In this document: positions 58,793-64,000 of the stretch, piece after piece | Layout of the letters: the number at the start of each line of letters is the position of its first letter | How positions within the stretch are numbered: position 1 is the first letter of the stretch | Assembly (NCBI GenBank): GCA_963666565.1 | Contig: OY762911.1 | Span: forward strand, 2,112,001 to 2,176,000 | Direction: 5' to 3' | From: Thermoanaerobaculia bacterium | Lineage (GTDB): Bacteria > Acidobacteriota > Thermoanaerobaculia > Multivoradales > Multivoraceae | DNA: 64,000 nucleotides | Program-made: the position numbers and the translations under genes | The notes under the pieces: generated by a model | Database searches by the model: none | The model's input: only the letters and a program-made list of their open reading frames with translations | What the model was told of the DNA's origin: nothing

Positions 58793-59848
58793 TCAGGCCC
58801 GGACGTAGCGGACCGCCGGGTCCTGCTCGGACTCCAGTTCGCCGACGTTCTCGGCCACGAGTTCGCCGCGCTGGTAGAGGTACTCGACGTGCGCTCCGGC
58901 TTCTTCCAGGGCGAGCAGCACGGTGTAGCCGCGGACGGCGCCGAAGAGCCGGCGGCTGATGTCGGCGGTGGTCTGCGGCGCTTGGCAGGTGTCGAGGATG
59001 ACGTCCAGCCGCCGGTCGTGAGACTCGCGGATCTCGCCGACTCGCGCGGTCACGTTCTCGATCGGCTCCTCGTGGCCGCCCAGGCCGACGCTTACGCCGT
59101 CCAGCTTCTCGACCTTGCCCAGCGCATCGAGGTAGTGGCCGAGGCCCATGTTCAGCGTCAGCGACTCGGGCGACTGGTGAGGCGTGATCCGCGCCAGCAC
59201 ATGGTCGGCGGTCAGGAGGATGTCGTCGACCCGCAGGCACACCTGGCCCGGGCAGTGGCCCGGGACGTGCAGGACCTCAAGGCCGAGATCCCCGCCGTCG
59301 GCGTCCGGCACGGGTTGACCCTCGTCCAGCAGGAACTGCACCGGCACCGATCCGTAGCGCGCCTTGGGCGCCGTGTACATCGTCATCAACTGCTCGCGCT
59401 TGCCTTCCGACAGACCGGCGCGATGCAGGAACACCCGGAGCTGCTGCGAGGCGACGACGACCCGCTCCTCGTAGTGGGTCAGCACGCGCCGGTCGAGCAC
59501 ATGGATTCCGACCGGCGCCTCCGTGTGGCGGCGCACGAACTGCAGGCCGCCGAAGTGGTCCATGTGCCCGTGCGTGATCAGGATGACGTCGATGTCCGCC
59601 AAGCCGATGCGGGCGCCGAAGCGGTCCCCGATCGACTCCAGGCCCCGCACCAGGTTCTCGTTGGAGAAGTCCATGCCCGAACCGCAATCCACCAGCGTGC
59701 GCCGGGCACCGTCGTCGATCACGTACACGTTGCCGAAGAAGTTCGGGAACACCTCGAAGTTCAGCGCATACACGACCCGCCCGACCGCGCTCACAAAGCG
59801 CCGCGGCGACTCCAACTGCTTCTTCGCGCTCGATGTACCTGCCCGCAT
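58793..59848 (-). CDS. MBL-fold metallo-hydrolase
   Basis: LVDCG, THGHMDHFGG, PGHCPG, ADH, GGH. Confidence 0.9.
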   Translation of the reverse strand: MRAGTSSAKKQLESPRRFVSAVGRVVYALNFEVFPNFFGNVYVIDDGARRTLVDCGSGMDFSNENLVRGLESIGDRFGARIGLADIDVILITHGHMDHFGGLQFVRRHTEAPVGIHVLDRRVLTHYEERVVVASQQLRVFLHRAGLSEGKREQLMTMYTAPKARYGSVPVQFLLDEGQPVPDADGGDLGLEVLHVPGHCPGQVCLRVDDILLTADHVLARITPHQSPESLTLNMGLGHYLDALGKVEKLDGVSVGLGGHEEPIENVTARVGEIRESHDRRLDVILDTCQAPQTTADISRRLFGAVRGYTVLLALEEAGAHVEYLYQRGELVAENVGELESEQDPAVRYVRA

Positions 59849-59892
59849 GAAACCCCTCCCGTGAACTCGCGCAGCCTAGCCCGATGTGTTCA

Positions 59893-60065
59893 GCCTTCGC
59901 CGAGGGCCGGGGGGCGGTATCCCTGCGGACTCGGAGCGAGCGACTCCCGGCGACCCCCCATTGACCGACGACGAACCGGAGCGAGCGGAGCGAGCGCCAG
60001 CTTCCCCTTTTCCGGAGGAGCGCGAGCGGCCGCTGGGAGACCGCCCCCCGGCCCTCCGCGAAGGC
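59893..60065. repeat. Degenerate third copy of the about 180-bp palindromic element
   Basis: Arms GCCTTCGCCGAGGGCCGGGGGGCGGT and ACCGCCCCCCGGCCCTCCGCGAAGGC; internal GAGCGCGAGCG..CGCTGGGA shared with 54147-54168. Confidence 0.65.
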
Positions 60066-60094
60066 GGGTGCCCGCCCCCGGGCCGGCCCCGCCG

Positions 60095-60610
60095 TCAGTT
60101 CGTCAGCGCCGAAACCAGCGAGTCGACCGCCCGGTCGGCGATCTCCGCCATCTCGTCGTCGTTGCGGTCCTGGATCGGGTGCCGCACGTAGACGACCTCC
60201 GGCGAGGAACCGAGCGACTTCGACTGGGACTCGGCGGCGTCCTGGAACTCGCACGAGGCGACGAACACGGACGGCAGCCCCATCTCCTCCAACTGGGTCG
60301 TGTCGTGCACACTGCACGACGTGCAGGACCCTCAGTCGGCGAGCGCTTCGATCACCGCGTCGCAACGCTGGGCGATCTCGGCGCGCAGGTCGGCCGGGGC
60401 CACCTTGGAGAAGGTGGGCTTGGTGAAGCGCAGGACGTTGGCGCCCCGGCTGGCGATCCGCTCCTCGACGCGGTCGAGGAAGACATCGCCGCGCGCCTTG
60501 GAGATGTCGAGCAAGGCGATCGTCTTGCCGCCGATGGCGTCGAGGCGCGGCGCCGCGGTGCGGGCGGCCGGCGTGGCCTCGTTCGTCGGGTCGATCAGAG
60601 TCTGGACCAT
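60095..60610 (-). CDS. UGSC-family selenoprotein (171 aa; in-frame UGA at 60332-60334 read as Sec93)
   Basis: Track ORFs 60332..60610 and 60095..60310 are in the same frame; read-through gives VIEALAD-U-GSCTSCSVHDTTQLEEMGLPSV; hairpin 11 nt after the UGA. Confidence 0.85.
60302..60320 (-). promoter_or_regulatory. Candidate bacterial SECIS hairpin
   Basis: Minus strand TGA-GGGTCCTGCAC-GTCGTGCA-GTG-TGCACGAC: perfect 8-bp stem with a G/U-containing loop, starting 11 nt after UGA. Confidence 0.7.
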
Positions 60611-60667
60611 GGGTGTCTCCTCAGTGAGTCCCCGAACGATACATGACGGCTGGTAGGGTCGCCGGCC

Positions 60668-62125
60668 ATGACCGCGACATCGTCAGCCGCCGCTCCTGCT
60701 CCGCCGGGCTTCGACCAGGGCCTGGTCGCGGTGGTCAAGAAGGACTGCCCGACGTGCCTGATGGTCGAGCCGGTCCTGGCGGAGGTCCGCCGCCATCGCC
60801 CGGTCCTCGTTCTGACCCAGGACGACCCGGCATTCCCGTCCGCCGGAGATCCCGTTCACGACGCGGACCTGACCCTGTCGCACCGCCTGGGCATCGAGAT
60901 CGTGCCGACCCTGCTGGCGCGGGACGGCGGCGCCACCTCGGCCACCGCGATCGGCTGGAACCGCGAACAGTGGCGGGACGTGACCGGCATCGGCGAGCTG
61001 GGCGCCGACCTGCCGCCGAGCCGTCCGGGCTGCGGCGCGCTGAACGTCGAGCCGCCGCACGTCGAGCGGCTCGCCGCCCTCTTCGCCGGCGGCAGCGCGC
61101 GCCGGGTCGAGCTCGGCGATCAGGAGGACGACGTCGAGGCCTGCTTCGCCCGCGGCTGGACGGACGGCCTGCCGGTCGTGCCGCCGGTGCCGGAGCGGGT
61201 CGAGCGGATGCTCGCCGGTACCCGCCGCGACCGCGCCGAGGTCCTGGGGCGCGTGGCGCCGGACTACGGCGAGTGCACGGTCGAGAAGGTTGCGGTCAAC
61301 GCCGTGATGGCGGGCTGCCGGCCGGAGTACATGCCGGTCGTCCTGGCCGCCGTCGAGGCGGCGCTGACCGAGGAGTTCAACTGGCACGGCCTGGCGGCCA
61401 CGACCTACTTCGCCGGCCCGGTCGTCGTCGTCAACGGTCCGGTGACGTCCGCCCTCGGCATGAACGCGAAGATGAACGTGCTGGGCCAGGGCAACCGGGC
61501 GAACTCGACGATCGGCCGCGCCCTGCAGCTCGTGCTGCGCAACGTCGGCGGCGCCCGGCCGGGCGAGGTCGATCGGGCGACGCTCGGCAACCCCGGCAAG
61601 CTCGGCTTCTGCTTCCCCGAGCGGGAGGAGGACTCGCCGTGGACCTCCCTGGCCACGGAGCGCGGCGTTCCCGAGGGGGAGTCCGCCGTGACGCTGTTCG
61701 CCGGAGAGGGGCCGCGCGGCGTGGTGGACCAGTTGTCCCGCCAGCCGGAGTCGCTGGCCCGCTCTCTCGCCTCGGCGCTGCTGGCGGTCGCTCACCAGAA
61801 GCTGGTCGTCGGCTTCGATGCCATGCTCGTCGTGGGCTTCGAGCACGGCAACGTGTTCCGTCGCGCGGGCTGGGACAAGACCAGGTTGCGCCAGGCGCTC
61901 GACGCGGCCCTCGTCCGTTCCGGCGCGAGTCTGGTGCGCGGCGCGGGCGCCATCGCCGAGGGCCTCCCGGAGAAGATGGCCAGCGCCCAGGTCCCGAAGT
62001 TCCGGCCCGGCGGGCTGCAGATCGTCCACGCCGGCGGCAACGCGGGCCTGTTCTCCGCCGTCATCGGCGGTTGGGTGAGCGGTCCGGTCGGCAGCCAGCC
62101 GGTCACCCGGGTCGTGGGGGACTGA
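60668..62125 (+). CDS. Thioredoxin-like (CPTC) domain fused to the domain that usually accompanies UGSC proteins (485 aa)
   Basis: VVKKDCPTC...IEIVPTL; GWTDGLPVVPP..ERVERML, TVEKVAVNAVMAGCRPEY, GNRANSTIGRALQL, ATLGNPGK. Confidence 0.8.
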   Translation: MTATSSAAAPAPPGFDQGLVAVVKKDCPTCLMVEPVLAEVRRHRPVLVLTQDDPAFPSAGDPVHDADLTLSHRLGIEIVPTLLARDGGATSATAIGWNREQWRDVTGIGELGADLPPSRPGCGALNVEPPHVERLAALFAGGSARRVELGDQEDDVEACFARGWTDGLPVVPPVPERVERMLAGTRRDRAEVLGRVAPDYGECTVEKVAVNAVMAGCRPEYMPVVLAAVEAALTEEFNWHGLAATTYFAGPVVVVNGPVTSALGMNAKMNVLGQGNRANSTIGRALQLVLRNVGGARPGEVDRATLGNPGKLGFCFPEREEDSPWTSLATERGVPEGESAVTLFAGEGPRGVVDQLSRQPESLARSLASALLAVAHQKLVVGFDAMLVVGFEHGNVFRRAGWDKTRLRQALDAALVRSGASLVRGAGAIAEGLPEKMASAQVPKFRPGGLQIVHAGGNAGLFSAVIGGWVSGPVGSQPVTRVVGD

Positions 62126-62295
62126 GGCGGCCGCCTCCGCGCCGCGCGCGGTTGCGTTCCCGGCGGGTGGACTCCTAGAATCAAGGGTCCGATCATGAAA
62201 CCAGGCGCCCGCCGCCGGATCGCGCGAGACGGTCGGAATGGCGCGCCGCTTCGACGCCCCGAGGTCGCTGGACGATGGACGATGGAGAACCCGAC

Positions 62296-63657
62296 GTGAA
62301 CGACTTCCGTACTCGAACCTTTGCGCTGCTGGGAGGGCTGTGCCTGCTGGTCACCGCGAGCTGCGGCCCCGAAGTTCCGACCGTCAACTTCTCGGTCATC
62401 CTGCCGATGACCGGCCCGGCGGGGATCTACGGCGAGGAGATCGCCAACGGGGTCCAGTTGCGACACGATCGCCTCCTGAACGGAGACGAGGAACTCCCTT
62501 ACAACGTCGTCATCGAGGTGATCGACACCGAAGGCGAACCCCAGCAGGCCGCGTCGGCGCTCGACGCCGCCTTCTCGACCTCGCTGGCGGCCATCGGCGG
62601 CGCCACGAGCGGCGAGGCTCTCGCGATGGTGCCGGTCGCCGACGACGCGGGGCGCGTCCTCGTTTCTCCGTCCGCCTCGAGCCCCGAGCTGAGCGGCGCG
62701 TCGGAGTACTTCTACCGCCTGTTCCCCAGCGCGGAGATCGAGGCGTCGACGATGGCGACCTTCCTTCGCGACCGGGTGAACGTCCAGCGGCTCGCCCTGG
62801 TCGTGGAGGACTCGGCCTTCGGCACGTCGCTGGCCGACTCGGTCGAAGCGGTGTGGGGCACCGAACTGGCCGGCCGGGCGACCTTCACTCCCGCCTCGGA
62901 TCAGAACGCGATGGTGGAGGAGGCCATGAGCTTCGAGGCGGACGGGATCTACGTCGCGGCTTCCGGGGCGGCGCTGGCCGAGGCGATCCAGGCGTTGCGG
63001 CTTGCGGGTTTCGAGGGCCGCGACAAGCGACTGGCGACGAGTTCGTCTCTGAGCATCGAGGCGGTGCTCGACGCCGCCGGACCCGCGGCGAACGGCGTCT
63101 ATCTGACGGCGCCCGTGTTCGACGTCGAGAGTCCGGACGAACCGACGGCTTCCTTCGTCGCGAGCTACCGTGAGAAGTTCACGGATCCGGCCGCCTGGAC
63201 CGCCTACCAGGAGGCAGTGGCGGAGGACGAGCGCGCAAGGACCGCGCTGGAGGGCATGGACCTCGGCAATCCGGGCCTCGCGGCAGCGAGGACGGAAGCC
63301 GAAGCGGCGGTGGAGGCCCTGGCGGCGGCGGGGGATGCGCTGAATACGCCGAGCTACTACGCCGGCCTCGGTTACGACTCGATGGGGGTACTGATTGCCG
63401 CCCTTTCCCAGCTTGAGGCGATCAACGTGCCGAGCGATTTCCTCAAGGGCATGCGGGCCATTCGGGAACTTCCGGGAGTCACCGGCAATGTCCAGTTCCG
63501 CGAGACCGGCGACGTGCAGAAGTTCACCCGCATCTACGAGATCGTCGACGGCAAGGCGGTCGACTTCGAGAAGTACTGGGAAGCGATTCGCCAGGCACGG
63601 CTGCAGGAACTGGAGAGACTCCAGCAGCAGATCGAGCGGATGAACCGGAACCAGTAG
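62296..63657 (+). CDS. LivK/LivJ-like ABC transporter substrate-binding lipoprotein
   Basis: GTG start with GGAG RBS; lipobox VTAS-C; LPMTGPAGIYG, IDTEGEP, IGGATS, SPSASSPELS, YFYRLFPS, GYDS, PGVTGNVQF. Confidence 0.88.
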   Translation: MNDFRTRTFALLGGLCLLVTASCGPEVPTVNFSVILPMTGPAGIYGEEIANGVQLRHDRLLNGDEELPYNVVIEVIDTEGEPQQAASALDAAFSTSLAAIGGATSGEALAMVPVADDAGRVLVSPSASSPELSGASEYFYRLFPSAEIEASTMATFLRDRVNVQRLALVVEDSAFGTSLADSVEAVWGTELAGRATFTPASDQNAMVEEAMSFEADGIYVAASGAALAEAIQALRLAGFEGRDKRLATSSSLSIEAVLDAAGPAANGVYLTAPVFDVESPDEPTASFVASYREKFTDPAAWTAYQEAVAEDERARTALEGMDLGNPGLAAARTEAEAAVEALAAAGDALNTPSYYAGLGYDSMGVLIAALSQLEAINVPSDFLKGMRAIRELPGVTGNVQFRETGDVQKFTRIYEIVDGKAVDFEKYWEAIRQARLQELERLQQQIERMNRNQ

Positions 63658-63753
63658 CGGTTCGACGGTCCGGCGCCGGTCGCTATACTGGCCCACCGAA
63701 CCTACCGAACGGTCGGCAGAGAGCCCATCCCGTCAACCAGGAGAACCGTTCCC

Positions 63754-64000
63754 ATGTCCGGAATCGTCCGCTACGGCAGCTACGTACCCTTCAACCGCAT
63801 CCAGCGGTCGGCAATGGGCTTCGGCCGCGGCGAGCGCGCTGCCGCCAGCTACGACGAAGACTCCGCCTCGATGGCGGTCGAAGCCTCGCGCGAGGCGCTG
63901 CGCGAACTGCCGGAAGGCGCCGAAGTCGACACGGTGGCCTTCGCCTCGACCAGCGCTCCCTACTCGGAGAAGCTGAACGCGGCCACCCTGCAGGCGGCGA
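63754..64000 (+). CDS. HMG-CoA synthase-like/thiolase-fold protein, 5' part only
   Basis: AGGAG RBS; MSGIVRYGSYVPFNRIQR...ERAAASYDEDSASMAVEA...FASTSAPYSEK; runs off the window. Confidence 0.8.
   Translation, partial: MSGIVRYGSYVPFNRIQRSAMGFGRGERAAASYDEDSASMAVEASREALRELPEGAEVDTVAFASTSAPYSEKLNAATLQAA

Noticed and set aside
60095-60610. Nonsense-mutated pseudogene or two small genes
   Set aside because: The stop is UGA in a U-G-S-C context with a SECIS-like hairpin at the expected distance; recoding explains it better.

Overview
GC-rich bacterial DNA with two parts. Bases 1 to about 36,650 form a defence/accessory island whose left end lies outside the window. Its minus-strand backbone is a SNF2 helicase (DrmD-like), a giant N6-adenine methyltransferase and a large Zn-binding DEAH (YprA/DUF1998-type) helicase. 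About 22.5 kb of cargo sits between the methyltransferase and the helicase. The cargo includes a tightly coupled five-gene operon (two-domain ubiquitin-like protein, Cys-free E2, JAB-E1 fusion, ABC ATPase, PIN nuclease), orphan antitoxins, EEP, SNase and PIN nucleases, an unknown two-gene pair and decayed restriction-modification/HNH genes. It also holds two independently inserted IS3-family copies and an unclassified IS-like element with a structured leader and a Rep-like protein. Bases from about 36,650 to 64,000 are mostly housekeeping: a GT2 fusion, a PQQ beta-propeller, tricorn protease, aceB-glcF-(catalytically dead gap)-gap-pyk, an acyl-CoA dehydrogenase, an MqsR/MqsA-like TA pair bracketed by palindromic repeats, form II coxGSLM, an MBL hydrolase, a UGA-recoded UGSC selenoprotein with a SECIS-like hairpin, a LivK-like binding protein and a partial HMG-CoA-synthase-like gene. 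Two families of palindromic repeats (REP-like and about 180-bp MITE-like) are scattered through the window. No rRNA, tRNA or CRISPR array was recognised. All family assignments come from motif recognition by eye, not from database searches.
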